A stretch of DNA of 64,000 nt from Candidatus Woesearchaeota archaeon CG1_02_57_44 (GTDB taxonomy: Archaea > Nanobdellota > Nanobdellia > Woesearchaeales > CG1-02-57-44): assembly GCA_001871415.1 (NCBI GenBank), contig MNWW01000058.1, positions 62,001-126,000 of the forward strand, given 5' to 3'. Position numbers and translations under genes: made by a program. Numbering within the stretch: the first letter of the stretch is position 1; every line of letters begins with the position of its first letter. A model generated the notes under the pieces. That model was not told the DNA's origin. It saw only the letters and a program-made list of their open reading frames with translations, and made no database searches. Below are positions 10,352-20,399 of this stretch, piece after piece.

Positions 10352-11125
10352 CTACAGCATCACCTCGCCGCCGTCCACGACAAGGGTCTGGCCTGTCATG
10401 AATCCCGCAAGGTCTGATGCCAAAAATCCCACCACCTTCGCGACATCAAGCGGTTCGCCGATGCGCTTGAGCTGGTTACGCTTACGGAAATATTCTCTTG
10501 CATTATTGTCCGCGAACTGGTCGAGCATGTCTGTCTCGACAGGCCCTGGAGCCACACAATTGACCCTTATCTCTGGGGCCAGCTCACGGGCAAGCGACTT
10601 TGTCACGGCGAGGATGCCTGCCTTGGATGCTGCGTAAGATACGCCCAGCCAAGTACCCCTGATGCCTGATACTGATGAGATATTGACGACACAACCCTTC
10701 GCCTCGCGCAGATGGGGAGCTGCCGCCTTGCACATCAGCACCAGTCCTTTGAGGTTGATGTCTATGCTGTCCTGCCAGCCCTGCTGGGTGAGTTCCTGGA
10801 TGCGCTCCTTGTGCAGCACACCTGCGCTGTTGACCAGCACATCAAGACCGCCCATATACTCTGTCGCTTCTGCGACGGCTGCCTGGATGTCGGGTTCGCT
10901 GCGGACGTCGCAGGGGCAGGAATCGGGGAAGTGGCCGGGGGATGTGCTCTGATTGCGGCCTGCGTCCTTGCTGTCAGCGGTTGCCGACGAGTCGGGGAGG
11001 GTCTGATGGTACGTGAAAAAGACCGTCGCGCCCTGAGACGCACAGAACTCCATGATAGCCTTGCCGATGCCGCGGCTACCCCCTGTCACCAGGATGCGTT
11101 TGCCCTTAAGCAATGATGATACCAT
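10352..11125 (-). CDS. SDR family oxidoreductase (FabG-like)
   Basis: TGGSRGIG, NSAG, YAASK, VAPG motifs. Confidence 0.92.
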   Translation of the reverse strand: MVSSLLKGKRILVTGGSRGIGKAIMEFCASQGATVFFTYHQTLPDSSATADSKDAGRNQSTSPGHFPDSCPCDVRSEPDIQAAVAEATEYMGGLDVLVNSAGVLHKERIQELTQQGWQDSIDINLKGLVLMCKAAAPHLREAKGCVVNISSVSGIRGTWLGVSYAASKAGILAVTKSLARELAPEIRVNCVAPGPVETDMLDQFADNNAREYFRKRNQLKRIGEPLDVAKVVGFLASDLAGFMTGQTLVVDGGEVML

Positions 11126-11218
11126 GGTTTCCTGAACTCCTTCATCCCTGCTGCTCTGTCCTTCTCTTCGAGCCTGTTGTTATGTCGGCCTTATCCATTG
11201 GTTGATCCATCCCCGGAG

Positions 11219-12049
11219 CTATCGCAGGCTCTTCTTGATGAGCTTGAGCAGTTCATCGTGCATGACGCCATTGGACGCCACGACCTGTTTGCTCCTCTGA
11301 TTGATAGGCTTATCTGCGAAGTCTGTCACCCTGCCTCCGGCACGCTCGATTATCAATGCCGCTGCCGCGTAGTCCCAGTAGTGCTGCTTGACCTTGACGC
11401 TCGCGTCATAACGGCCGGCAGCTACATAGCAGAGCTCAAGCGTCATGCTCCCGGTGTCACGGATGCGCTTGCAGCTGCTGTTGATGGGGCCAACGTACTT
11501 GCTGTACTTGAGGATGTCCTTATTCGTGAATCCTGCCGCTATGCTGATCAGTCCGTCCTTAAGCTTTCGCTCAGAGACGCGCAGTGGCTTGCCGTTGAGC
11601 ATGGCTTGTCCTTCTGCATCAGCGCTGAACAGCTCTTTATGCAGCGGGTCATAGACCACGCCGACAATGACCTTGCCATCTTGCTCGAGCGCGATGCTGC
11701 AGCAGAACCAGGGAATGTGCCTGGCGAAATTCGCGGTGCCGTCAATGGGGTCGACGACCCAGCGGTACTTTTTTGCGCCGTTATCCTTGCTCTTACGTGG
11801 CTTTGCCTTGCTGACGGTGCCCTGGCGGATGCTCCCTGCCGCAGACTCCTCGCCCAGGAACTGGTGGGCAGGATATTTCCGCTTGATGATGCTCCTGATG
11901 AGCGCTTCCACATCCTTGTCTGTCTGCGTAGCGACCTCGCGATGGCTCTTGTACCAGGCATGACGCTTCTGCTCATAGCGCTGGAAGATCAACGCACCTG
12001 CTTCCAAGGCGGCCTGCTCGGCTGTCTCCCTGAATTGCCTGACGCTCAT
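11219..12049 (-). CDS. suhB: inositol monophosphatase family protein
   Basis: GEE, WVVDPIDGTANF, WDYAAA motifs. Confidence 0.9.
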   Translation of the reverse strand: MSVRQFRETAEQAALEAGALIFQRYEQKRHAWYKSHREVATQTDKDVEALIRSIIKRKYPAHQFLGEESAAGSIRQGTVSKAKPRKSKDNGAKKYRWVVDPIDGTANFARHIPWFCCSIALEQDGKVIVGVVYDPLHKELFSADAEGQAMLNGKPLRVSERKLKDGLISIAAGFTNKDILKYSKYVGPINSSCKRIRDTGSMTLELCYVAAGRYDASVKVKQHYWDYAAAALIIERAGGRVTDFADKPINQRSKQVVASNGVMHDELLKLIKKSLR

Positions 12050-13302
12050 CGTTCAAACACCTTCCGGCCACCGAAGGCTGCTCCTGATTCCTCTTCAATC
12101 CTGAGCAGTTGATTGTATTTCGCTGTACGCTCGCCTCTCGCTGGCGCTCCGCTCTTGATCTGGCCCGCGCCAAGTCCGACCACGAGGTCCGCGATGAAGG
12201 TGTCCTCGGTCTCGCCCGAACGATGGGAGACCATCACGCCCCAGCCAGCGTCAAAAGACTTGTTGGCCGCGGCAATGGCCTCGGTCACAGAACCAATCTG
12301 GTTGACTTTGAGCAGCAGCGCGTTGCAGGCATCATTGTCCATGGCCATGGCGATGCGCTCCGGGTTGGTCACCAGCAGATCGTCGCCCACAATCTGCAGC
12401 TTTGGCAGCTTCTGGCGTATGAGTTTCCACCCTTCGAGGTCGTCCTGGTCAAAAGGATCCTCCAATGAGATGAGTGGGAACGTCTGCGCCATGGCCTGAT
12501 AGCGGTCAGCAAGCTCGCCCGCGCTCAAGGAAGTGCCTTGCACCAGGTACTTGCCCTCCTTGAACATCTCAGATGACGCAGGGTCCATGGCAATCATCAT
12601 CTTATCCTGCAGACCAAGCTCCTCTATAGCTGCTGTCAGGAACTCAAGCGGCTCCTCGGGCCTTGCCATGGGAGGCGCGAATCCACCTTCGTCACCCACA
12701 TTCGTGGAGTTCTTGCCATACTTCTTCTCCAGAAGCCCTTTGAGGTGATGATACGTCTCTGCGGCCATGCGCAGCGCCTCAGCAAAATTGTCAGCGCCTG
12801 CAGGGACCAGCATGTATTCCTGCATGTCCAGGTCATTGCCCGCGTGCACGCCACCATTGATGACATTCAGGCAGGGGACGGGCATCAATGCTTTTCTGCT
12901 GCTGATGTCCTGCACATGCTGATACAGCGGGACGCCCTTCTGCATCGCCGCCAGCCTGCAGCAGGCCATAGACGCGCCGAGGATGGCGTTCGCTCCCAGA
13001 GCGCTCTTGTTCTTCGTCGCGTCCAGGGTGAACATGGCATGGTCGATAGCGCCCTGGTCCTTCGGATCCAGGTCTGCGAGCGCTGGTGCTATCCTGTTGT
13101 TGACATTGGCCACCGCGGTCCTCACGCCTTTGCCGCCGTAGCGCACGTCCTTGTCGCGCAGCTCCAACGCCTCGTGCACGCCGGTGCTCGCCCCGCTGGG
13201 GACAATCGCTCTTGCGCGATTGGTGCCATCTGATGCGTCCACTTCTACTGTGGGATTGCCGCGTGAATCAATGACTTCTCTTGCCTTCAGGTTTATTGCC
13301 AT
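12046..13302 (-). CDS. eno: enolase
   Basis: DSRGNPTVE, VPSGASTG, GDEGGFAP, SHRSGETED, RTAKYNQL. Confidence 0.98.
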   Translation of the reverse strand: MAINLKAREVIDSRGNPTVEVDASDGTNRARAIVPSGASTGVHEALELRDKDVRYGGKGVRTAVANVNNRIAPALADLDPKDQGAIDHAMFTLDATKNKSALGANAILGASMACCRLAAMQKGVPLYQHVQDISSRKALMPVPCLNVINGGVHAGNDLDMQEYMLVPAGADNFAEALRMAAETYHHLKGLLEKKYGKNSTNVGDEGGFAPPMARPEEPLEFLTAAIEELGLQDKMMIAMDPASSEMFKEGKYLVQGTSLSAGELADRYQAMAQTFPLISLEDPFDQDDLEGWKLIRQKLPKLQIVGDDLLVTNPERIAMAMDNDACNALLLKVNQIGSVTEAIAAANKSFDAGWGVMVSHRSGETEDTFIADLVVGLGAGQIKSGAPARGERTAKYNQLLRIEEESGAAFGGRKVFER

Positions 13303-13369
13303 GGCAAGAACTGCCGGGCGGCGAGTATAAGAATTTTTTGGGCAACAGGGCAGGGCTGGCAGTGCGCAG

Positions 13370-14137
13370 CTATCCGATATAGCTCGTGCTCCTCGGGCTG
13401 CTGCCTGCTGGCGGCTGCTGGGACATCTGCTCGGCCTTCATTATCTCCTTGTCTATCCTGCGTATCTCCTTGTTGAGGTCCTTGAGATTGACATCCAGGT
13501 TCAGCTTGGTCGCGAGCAGCTTGATGACGGCTCTTGCTTCCTTGAGCCCCACATACATGGGATGGCCGAAGGTCTCTGCCAGCAAGGCGACGGCTGGTAT
13601 CTTTCGTCGCTGTCCAAGGCCAAGAAGCATGCCAGACACGCCGATGATGGGGCCGACCACGCCGTAGATGTCTGTCCTCGCCTTAGTGTCTTTGGTGAAC
13701 TCCTTCACTGCCTTGGCATTGTTGCCCGTACAGTAGATCTTGGAGTTTGTGGGTACTTCCTGCAGGCCGATACCGCCGATGGTGATGATGCGCTGGCCAT
13801 CGAAGCTTCCGAACACGTCGAGCACCTTCTCACAGAAATGATGGGCGGATATCTCGTCCGGCGGCTGCACATCGCCGCAGAGCAGCAGCAGATCCTGCCT
13901 GCCGTTCTTCTTGTAATACAGTTCTATCTGCGGCATCTCGATGAGGTTCTCCTCATTGACATACACGCTGTGGCTCATGCCCTCGGCGAAAAAAGAGCAA
14001 TACTTCTCCGCCCTGAGCTCGTCGATAAGGTAATCGACGGCTATCTTGCCGACGTTGCCGATGCCTGGGAGTCCCTCTATCAGGATGGGCCGCTTCAGGC
14101 GCGGCTTCGTCTTCTTATCCTCTATCGTCCATGTCAA
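13370..14137 (-). CDS. PAC2 family proteasome assembly chaperone
   Basis: LIEGLPGIGNVGK, GDVQP, GPIIGVSG motifs; starts right after tRNA-Lys. Confidence 0.9.
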   Translation of the reverse strand: MTWTIEDKKTKPRLKRPILIEGLPGIGNVGKIAVDYLIDELRAEKYCSFFAEGMSHSVYVNEENLIEMPQIELYYKKNGRQDLLLLCGDVQPPDEISAHHFCEKVLDVFGSFDGQRIITIGGIGLQEVPTNSKIYCTGNNAKAVKEFTKDTKARTDIYGVVGPIIGVSGMLLGLGQRRKIPAVALLAETFGHPMYVGLKEARAVIKLLATKLNLDVNLKDLNKEIRRIDKEIMKAEQMSQQPPAGSSPRSTSYIG

Positions 14138-14140
14138 GAA

Positions 14141-14216
14141 CGGGCCCGGAGGGATTTGAACCCACGGCCTTCCGGTTAAGAGCCGGACGCTCTGGACCAG
14201 GCTGAGCTACGAGCCC
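14141..14216 (-). tRNA. tRNA-Lys(CTT)
   Basis: GGGCTCG acceptor, CCGG-CT-CTT-AA-CCGG anticodon arm, GGTTCAAATCC T-arm. Confidence 0.95.
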
Positions 14217-14250
14217 CTGTTATGCGCAAAAATTGGCAGGGGATATTTAA

Positions 14251-14384
14251 GTGTTGCTGGTGATTATGTGTTGCTGGTGATTATGTGTTGCTGGTGATTA
14301 TGTGTTGCTGGTGATTATGTGTTGCTGNNNNNNATTATGTGTTGCTGGTGATTATGTGTTGCTGGTGATTATGTGTTGCTGGTG
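14251..14384. repeat. 17-bp tandem repeat (GTGTTGCTGGTGATTAT)n spanning an N gap
   Basis: Six full identical units plus partial units; no spacers; Ns at 14328-14333. Confidence 0.95.
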
Positions 14385-14387
14385 GTC

Positions 14388-15461
14388 CTAGCAGAACCCT
14401 CTTGGGCCTATGGGCGTCAGCGGTGCCGCAGGCGCTGCCTGCGAAGAGAAGCGGAGCTTTGCCACTTCATCACGGAGCGCATGATATTGCACTGTGGGGG
14501 GCATATCCGGGATAGAGGTCCCTTTGGGTGCTATGGCCTCATAGCCCACATCCATGTATCCAAGCACAGTCGATATCTTCGGGAACTGGCGGAATTCGCA
14601 GGCAACCATGGCGCTCTCCAACCCTTCGCTCCTCATGGTTGACAGGATATTGATGGCGAGGGTGAGACCTCGTACCTCATGCAGGTGGCAGTACTGGTCG
14701 AGATGCTGGATAGTATCATGCTGGATTGTCTTGATCCGGGAGAGGTCTTCTATCGGCCATGCGCGCCCGGTCGCCTCCTGCAGGAATTGCACTGCGCCAT
14801 CGTTGCCGGCGAGGCCAAGGGTCTTTTCCAGCTGGCGCAAGGTGGTGTACAAGGCCTTGCTCTCCATCCCCACGATGTGTGCGTCAGGTCCGATCACCGC
14901 GGCAGAAGCCAGCGAGGTAAGCGATGCTTCATCCGGCCAGTCATCCAAGTGGCGGCACAGGTATGACCAGCGCTTTGACGCGCTTGCCGGCCTGCGCAGC
15001 TCACTCATCAGCTTGTGGGCCTCTGCCACATCAGTATCGGACAACAAGTACTGCCCCTGCTCAGTCATGCCTTCCATGCCCAGCAAGCGGGTGCCCTGCT
15101 CGTACGCGTCCACCATGGACTCGACCTGGGCAAGGCGGTCCTGTGTGCGATGTCTGCTCTGCGGGTCGTAGAGGAATATGCCGAGGGATTCAGCAGGTGT
15201 CTGGTACTGTGAAGCAATGTATGTCGGTGATGGTTCATCGAATCCTCTGAGCCAGCTGATGGCGCCCATGGATACGATGGTGGCTGCAACAGCTCCTCCG
15301 AACAAGAGATCCATCAGAGCAGTCCTGCGTGGAACGGGGTTAGCACATTCCATGGTTTCTGCCAGAGCATCAAGACCCTCGGCCAGACCGCCCGTGTCTG
15401 TCATTGGCACAAGGAATAAATTCCCGTATTTAACCTCCACGATTATTATAGGAGCAAGCAT
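14388..15461 (-). CDS. hypothetical membrane-anchored protein (start possibly 15404)
   Basis: Long ORF with one N-terminal TM segment; no recognised motif. Confidence 0.6.
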   Translation of the reverse strand: MLAPIIIVEVKYGNLFLVPMTDTGGLAEGLDALAETMECANPVPRRTALMDLLFGGAVAATIVSMGAISWLRGFDEPSPTYIASQYQTPAESLGIFLYDPQSRHRTQDRLAQVESMVDAYEQGTRLLGMEGMTEQGQYLLSDTDVAEAHKLMSELRRPASASKRWSYLCRHLDDWPDEASLTSLASAAVIGPDAHIVGMESKALYTTLRQLEKTLGLAGNDGAVQFLQEATGRAWPIEDLSRIKTIQHDTIQHLDQYCHLHEVRGLTLAINILSTMRSEGLESAMVACEFRQFPKISTVLGYMDVGYEAIAPKGTSIPDMPPTVQYHALRDEVAKLRFSSQAAPAAPLTPIGPRGFC

Positions 15462-15472
15462 GCCTGCTCATC

Positions 15473-16207
15473 ATGGTGTCTGTGGACAGAGGCCGGAAGC
15501 GAATGACACGGTGTGCTGATGGCGGCTGTGCTGATGGCAAGCGGGATCTGAGCGCCCGGGTGCGCGCTGTGCTTCGCATCCTGCAGAAGTCCTATCCTGA
15601 CGCTGGCACTGCGCTGCGATTCAACACGCCATTCCAGTTGCTGTGCGCGACCATCCTGTCTGCGCAGTGCACGGATGCCAGGGTGAATATCGTCACGCCC
15701 GTGCTATTCTCTCGCTATCCTGATGCCAGGACCCTTGCCGTCGCACGTCAGGCCGATGTGGAGCGCATCATCCACAGCACCGGCTTCTTCCGGGCAAAGG
15801 CGCGCCACCTCATCGGTTGTTCCAAGGCGCTGGTGGCCTATCATGCGGGGCAGGTGCCCAAGGATATGGCGTCCTTGGTCGCTCTGCCGGGTGTCGGTCG
15901 CAAGACTGCCAATGTCGTGCTCTGGAATGCGTTTGGCATGGCTTGGGGCATTGCTGTGGACACCCATGTGCAGCGCATCACGCGGTTGCTTGGATGGACG
16001 CGCAGGGCATCAGCAGAGCGCATAGAGCAGGACCTGATGCGTCTGGTCCCCAACGAGCATTGGGGCGATATGACCCATTGGCTCATCGCACATGGCAGAG
16101 CGGTCTGTATCGCGGGCAGACCTCGCTGTGACGCCTGCCAAGTTGAAAAACATTGTCCTGGCAGCCGGAAAGGCATAATTACCATAAAAACAGGCAAAAA
16201 TTTTTAA
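15473..16207 (+). CDS. nth: endonuclease III
   Basis: LSAQCTD, HhH LPGVGRKTAN, AVDTHV, C-x6-C-x2-C-x5-C Fe-S motif. Confidence 0.96.
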   Translation: MVSVDRGRKRMTRCADGGCADGKRDLSARVRAVLRILQKSYPDAGTALRFNTPFQLLCATILSAQCTDARVNIVTPVLFSRYPDARTLAVARQADVERIIHSTGFFRAKARHLIGCSKALVAYHAGQVPKDMASLVALPGVGRKTANVVLWNAFGMAWGIAVDTHVQRITRLLGWTRRASAERIEQDLMRLVPNEHWGDMTHWLIAHGRAVCIAGRPRCDACQVEKHCPGSRKGIITIKTGKNF

Positions 16208-16231
16208 AGAACGCCCCCGCCACAGGGTTTC

Positions 16232-16402
16232 ATGGCAGACGGCGTAATTGTAAAAAGCAAAGTGAAAGACGTAGCCGGGGACTGTAACGTGGCCTCTGAC
16301 TTTATTGGAGCACTCGACGCGAAAGTCGCAGGGCTCATCAAAGAGGCATGCGAGCGGGCCAAGGCGAACAACAGGCGCACTGTGATGGCCAAGGACCTGT
16401 AA
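16232..16402 (+). CDS. short histone-fold protein (DUF1931-like/short alpha2 type), 56 aa
   Basis: MADGVIVKSKVKDVAGDCNVASDFIGALDAKVAGLIKEACERAKANNRRTVMAKDL; RxTxxxxD motif; TTTAAA ~25 nt upstream; T-tract at ~16430-16450. Confidence 0.9.
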   Translation: MADGVIVKSKVKDVAGDCNVASDFIGALDAKVAGLIKEACERAKANNRRTVMAKDL

Positions 16403-16523
16403 GGGTCTACGTAACCTGAAACACGCGTCATTTTTTGTTTCTTTTTTCTTCGTTCTCTATGGCGAGACATGAATCTACGCTTGCGCTGCCGCTGCAGCAT
16501 GGGCATGGCAGGCGCCGCAGGGT

Positions 16524-18131
16524 TCACCACAATGGCGGGGGCAGCTCGACGAATTCACTCGTGCTCATCCTCGCGATCTCTGCCTTCGCTATCGCTGCTG
16601 GCGCACTGACCGTGATGGGCACCCAACCAGATTCCGCGCCGCAGAAGGCGCCATGGGTCTTTGCTGCATGCCCCATGGCGATGATGGACTGCAGGGTCAT
16701 GTGAGGCGTACCTGCCAGGTATGCGCCTTTCACCGGCTCCTTGCGTCCATCCGGGTATATGCGGTATGCGCGCGACGGCCAGACCATATGAAGCCCCTCT
16801 TCTTCGACATCCACCTGTCCTGCCCGCGCATTCTCTAACAGCAAGCCGTAGTCCTGACCATCGCCTTCAACACGCCTGAGCAGCTCCTCGAGAAGGCATT
16901 GCCGGGTCAAGCCATTGCTCGCGCTCACCCGCAGATTCGACTGCCGTGGTATGGGTGGGGATGATGATTCAGCCCGCGCGTGGCCATTGGAGCGTCCTTG
17001 GGTAGCGGTCCTGTGCCTGAGATGGTTGGCGGTCTGTCGGCTGTGCAGATACTCGGTGAGCATCCCATCAGTCACCAGCTGAACCCTTTTTCCGGCAACG
17101 CCATCCTCATCAAGGGTATAGCCTCCGATAAGGTCCAATCGTGTCGGGTCGTCAATGATACTTATCCCCTCTGGCATGACCCTGCTGCCCATGCGTCCGA
17201 AGAAGATATTGCTCTGCTCTCCCCAAGCACCCTCGCTCAATCTGTTCGCCTCGACCGCGTGCATGAATGCCTCGTGGAAGAGCGTTCCTGTGGTGTGATG
17301 GTCCATGAGCGCGTACTGGGCGTTGCTCACATGCCAGGGCGCGTTGGCCAGGGACGCGAGATTCCTGATGAGCTTCAATCCGTCCCTTCGCAAACGCTGC
17401 GGGCTTGGCACGTCCTCAAGATTCCTGCCATGATACGATACGAAATCCGTGTGCAGGAATCCATCGTCATCGGGCATGCCTATCAGCAAGGAGAGCGTCC
17501 ACACATTGCTGCTCGTGAATGCGCGGGTCCCTTCGGTGTTCGCCAGATAGCGATTCTCCTGAGACACCTGCAGGCTCAGCATCACGGAATAGACCTTGCC
17601 TGTATGCAGCTGCTCGGTCACTGTCTCCAACTCGTCCACGGGCACCTGTGCCGGATCCAACAGGGTCTCCTGGTCCTGATGCATGATTTGCTGCTCGTGG
17701 CTGAAGAAGGTATAGCGCTCCTTCCTGCGACTGCCCCGGCGCGACAAGGCATGCACGTTCCTCCTCTCAAAATCCTCGACGCAGTCGTAATAACTGGTTT
17801 CCAGCGCGCTTCTCAGATCCCGTTCCCAGCTGTGGCCGTTCCTTCGCCGCGCCAGCTGGTCCCGGCAGTAGCTCACGCCTCCCCCCTCATCATAATCACC
17901 CATGCGTATCTCTGTGCGCAACGCGTACCTGGGCAATGTCCAATTGTCATCATGGGTGAGCAGGCCTCCGTTGAATAGCTCTATGCCCCAGGTCCTCATC
18001 TCCTTGATGGTGGATCCCACAAAGTACGGCATGTAGCTGACGTCGACCCTGTCTGGGCGCGTGTGGGTGGTGTTCATCAGGGATGCCTGGCCAAGCTGCC
18101 ATTCCAGCCTGCCCATGATCTCAGGATCCAT
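16524..18131 (-). CDS. TldD/PmbA family metalloprotease
   Basis: GTLFHEAFMHAVE (HExxxH), DDPT, DEDGV, NGHAR, PIPRQSNL, FCG. Confidence 0.88.
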   Translation of the reverse strand: MDPEIMGRLEWQLGQASLMNTTHTRPDRVDVSYMPYFVGSTIKEMRTWGIELFNGGLLTHDDNWTLPRYALRTEIRMGDYDEGGGVSYCRDQLARRRNGHSWERDLRSALETSYYDCVEDFERRNVHALSRRGSRRKERYTFFSHEQQIMHQDQETLLDPAQVPVDELETVTEQLHTGKVYSVMLSLQVSQENRYLANTEGTRAFTSSNVWTLSLLIGMPDDDGFLHTDFVSYHGRNLEDVPSPQRLRRDGLKLIRNLASLANAPWHVSNAQYALMDHHTTGTLFHEAFMHAVEANRLSEGAWGEQSNIFFGRMGSRVMPEGISIIDDPTRLDLIGGYTLDEDGVAGKRVQLVTDGMLTEYLHSRQTANHLRHRTATQGRSNGHARAESSSPPIPRQSNLRVSASNGLTRQCLLEELLRRVEGDGQDYGLLLENARAGQVDVEEEGLHMVWPSRAYRIYPDGRKEPVKGAYLAGTPHMTLQSIIAMGHAAKTHGAFCGAESGWVPITVSAPAAIAKAEIARMSTSEFVELPPPLW

Positions 18132-18253
18132 GAGCCGGGGATTCGGATGGTAGTATTTGAAAGTAGTGGCATCATGGGATGCAGTGATGCGAAATCCGCA
18201 GGTCGTCTTTTTTCAGCACTAATCATAAATATGCATCTACTATCCTCCGGGTC

Positions 18254-18904
18254 ATGCAACCGCGAGATGATATCCGCCTTGGCATGCTCGCATCAGGATC
18301 TGGCTCCAGTGTGCAGTCGCTCTGCGACAGGATATACGCAGGAGGCCTTGATGGCTTTGCTCCTGCCGTGGTGCTCTGCAACAAAGCGCCGGGAACGGCC
18401 GGTATTTATGCGCGGGCTGAGCGGATCGGCGTGCCGGTCCTGCATGCTGAGCGCCCAGATGATCAGCTCAGTCTGTTGGATGCCTACGGCGCCCAGATGC
18501 TCCTCGGGCTGGGGCACCTGAAGCTGGTCGAGAGCTCGGTGCTTGAGCATTTCGGCTATCGGGGCGGTGACTCCTTCGCGCCATTAGCATGGAACATCCA
18601 CCCTGCTGTCGATTTGCATCGCTTCGGGGGCAAGGGCATGTACGGGCATCACGTTCATGATGCTGTCATCGCGGCAGGCGAGAAAGAGAGCGGCGCCACC
18701 GTGCACATGATGGGCGAGCGGTATGATGACCCCCGAGGCATCCTGCAGCAGGTCCGGGTGCCCGTGTTCCCCACTGACACGCCAGAGACCCTGCAGCAGC
18801 GCGTGCTGCAGTTCGAGTACCCGCTCATGGCCACGACTCTGGCCGCGTTCCGCGACAATCTCCTTCCCAACTGCCCGAATCCGTGGTATGTGCCGGACGA
18901 ATGA
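18254..18904 (+). CDS. purN: PurN-like formyltransferase
   Basis: LASGSGS, NIHPA, FGGKGMYGHHVH, SGATVH, YD motifs. Confidence 0.8.
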   Translation: MQPRDDIRLGMLASGSGSSVQSLCDRIYAGGLDGFAPAVVLCNKAPGTAGIYARAERIGVPVLHAERPDDQLSLLDAYGAQMLLGLGHLKLVESSVLEHFGYRGGDSFAPLAWNIHPAVDLHRFGGKGMYGHHVHDAVIAAGEKESGATVHMMGERYDDPRGILQQVRVPVFPTDTPETLQQRVLQFEYPLMATTLAAFRDNLLPNCPNPWYVPDE

Positions 18905-19179
18905 GTGTCGTGTGTATGATTCCGGTCGGCTGCATCCACATGGTCGCTGATGCGATCATCGCGTCGCGAGCAGATACTCGAAATCATCGTTGAGCCGTCT
19001 TGTCGGCACCACATAGCTGTCCCCTGAGGGTTTACACGTTTCCATGATCTTCTCTTGCTGCCAGTCAGGGTGCTCGGCGAGGATGATGGCGCCGTAATCA
19101 GCGCAGCGCTCGGGGATTCCTGGGCCCGTACCGGGGCTGGAGCAGAATGGAAAATGACGGATTGAAATGGAACAGAAAC

Positions 19180-19264
19180 CGCCGCGGTCCGGATTTGAAC
19201 CGGAAAGGCCTTGCGGCCACCAGCTCTCAAGGCTGGCGCATTAACCAGATTCTGCCACCGCGGC
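19180..19264 (-). tRNA. tRNA-Ser(TGA)
   Basis: GCCGCGG acceptor, CCAGC-CT-TGA-GA-GCTGG anticodon arm, long variable arm, GGTTCAAATCC. Confidence 0.95.
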
Positions 19265-19350
19265 AATGTCTCAGGGGGTTGGCGGTGGCATTAAAAAGCT
19301 TGCGGGACACGAATTGACTTCAGGGGCTTCAGACATGGACTCTTTATTGC

Positions 19351-19872
19351 TCACATCCGGTGTTGGCCATGCAGGTAGATGTCGTGGCCTTGAATGACTA
19401 TTGGCATATCATGCGTGTTGTATCCTGCCCGTCTGGCGAGCAATTCAGCGCTCGTGAGTTCCGCTAACAGGACTTCAGCTCTGGAACGATCTTCTCTTCT
19501 CTCAGCTTCCAACAAATCTGCCTCCAACGCAGGAAGCGCCGCCGCGTAGGGTCCGGGTAAATCTTCGTGGTATGTTCCCCATAGTGCCTGTGGTGATACT
19601 CTGTCGCAGACGACCTGGTGATATGCATCCGCGTTTTGCGCCAACTGTTCAAGCATCGGTATCTTCTGATTGTCTGGTACAGCGGCGCTCAATACGGTCA
19701 GACCTGCTTGAGGGAACAATCGGTGAAAGACGCCTAAGTCTTCGACGTCCATGCCGTCGTACGCATAGTGAAAAAACAGATGGCCATTGGGAAACCTTGA
19801 AGAAATGACATAAAACCCTATGCCGTTGGGCTCAAGCCCTACGGCATGGCTATCGGTTGTTACCGCGGCCAT
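19351..19872 (-). CDS. hypothetical protein
   Basis: 173-aa ORF with AT-rich TATA-like upstream region. Confidence 0.6.
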   Translation of the reverse strand: MAAVTTDSHAVGLEPNGIGFYVISSRFPNGHLFFHYAYDGMDVEDLGVFHRLFPQAGLTVLSAAVPDNQKIPMLEQLAQNADAYHQVVCDRVSPQALWGTYHEDLPGPYAAALPALEADLLEAERREDRSRAEVLLAELTSAELLARRAGYNTHDMPIVIQGHDIYLHGQHRM

Positions 19873-20054
19873 GCTTCCTTTATATACAATGTGCCTTTAA
19901 ATAACTTTCGTTAATATTGCAGTTTTTTGATGGTTCTTCGATTTATTTTCAAAGAATATGGCACATTTTCGTAATAATTCTACTCTTTTCGTATCACTCT
20001 ATCCTGATTGGCATAATCCAAATATTCATAAACCATGCTGCACTTTTATACGTC

Positions 20055-20399
20055 ATGTCCCTCAAGCAGGTCATCGTGACCAGGCATGATCTCAAGATGA
20101 GCAAAGGCAAGCTCGCGGCGCAGGTAGCGCACGGCAGTCTTGAGTCCGCGCTCAAGGCGAGCAAGATCGCACTGTCCACGTGGCGTCGTGACGGTGCGAA
20201 GAAGGTCGTGCTCAAGGCCGAGAATACAGAATCGCTCTACCGTCTCAAGCAGCAATGCGAAGATACTGGTGTGGTCTGTTCGCTCATCTCCGATGCAGGG
20301 CATACGGAGCTCGCTCCTGGGACCGTTACTGTGTTGGGTATCGGTCCTGACGAGGAAGAGAAGATCGACAGGCTGACGGGCATGCTGCAGATGCTGTGA
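20055..20399 (+). CDS. pth2: peptidyl-tRNA hydrolase Pth2
   Basis: KQVIV, DLKMSKGKLAAQVAH, DAGHTE, TVLGIGP. Confidence 0.95.
   Translation: MSLKQVIVTRHDLKMSKGKLAAQVAHGSLESALKASKIALSTWRRDGAKKVVLKAENTESLYRLKQQCEDTGVVCSLISDAGHTELAPGTVTVLGIGPDEEEKIDRLTGMLQML

Noticed and set aside
14251..14384. Possible CRISPR array
   Set aside because: Units are contiguous with no spacers, only 17 bp long, and no cas genes are present
19265..20050. Integrated element at tRNA-Ser
   Set aside because: AT-rich flank and one orphan ORF, but no integrase or tRNA-end duplication
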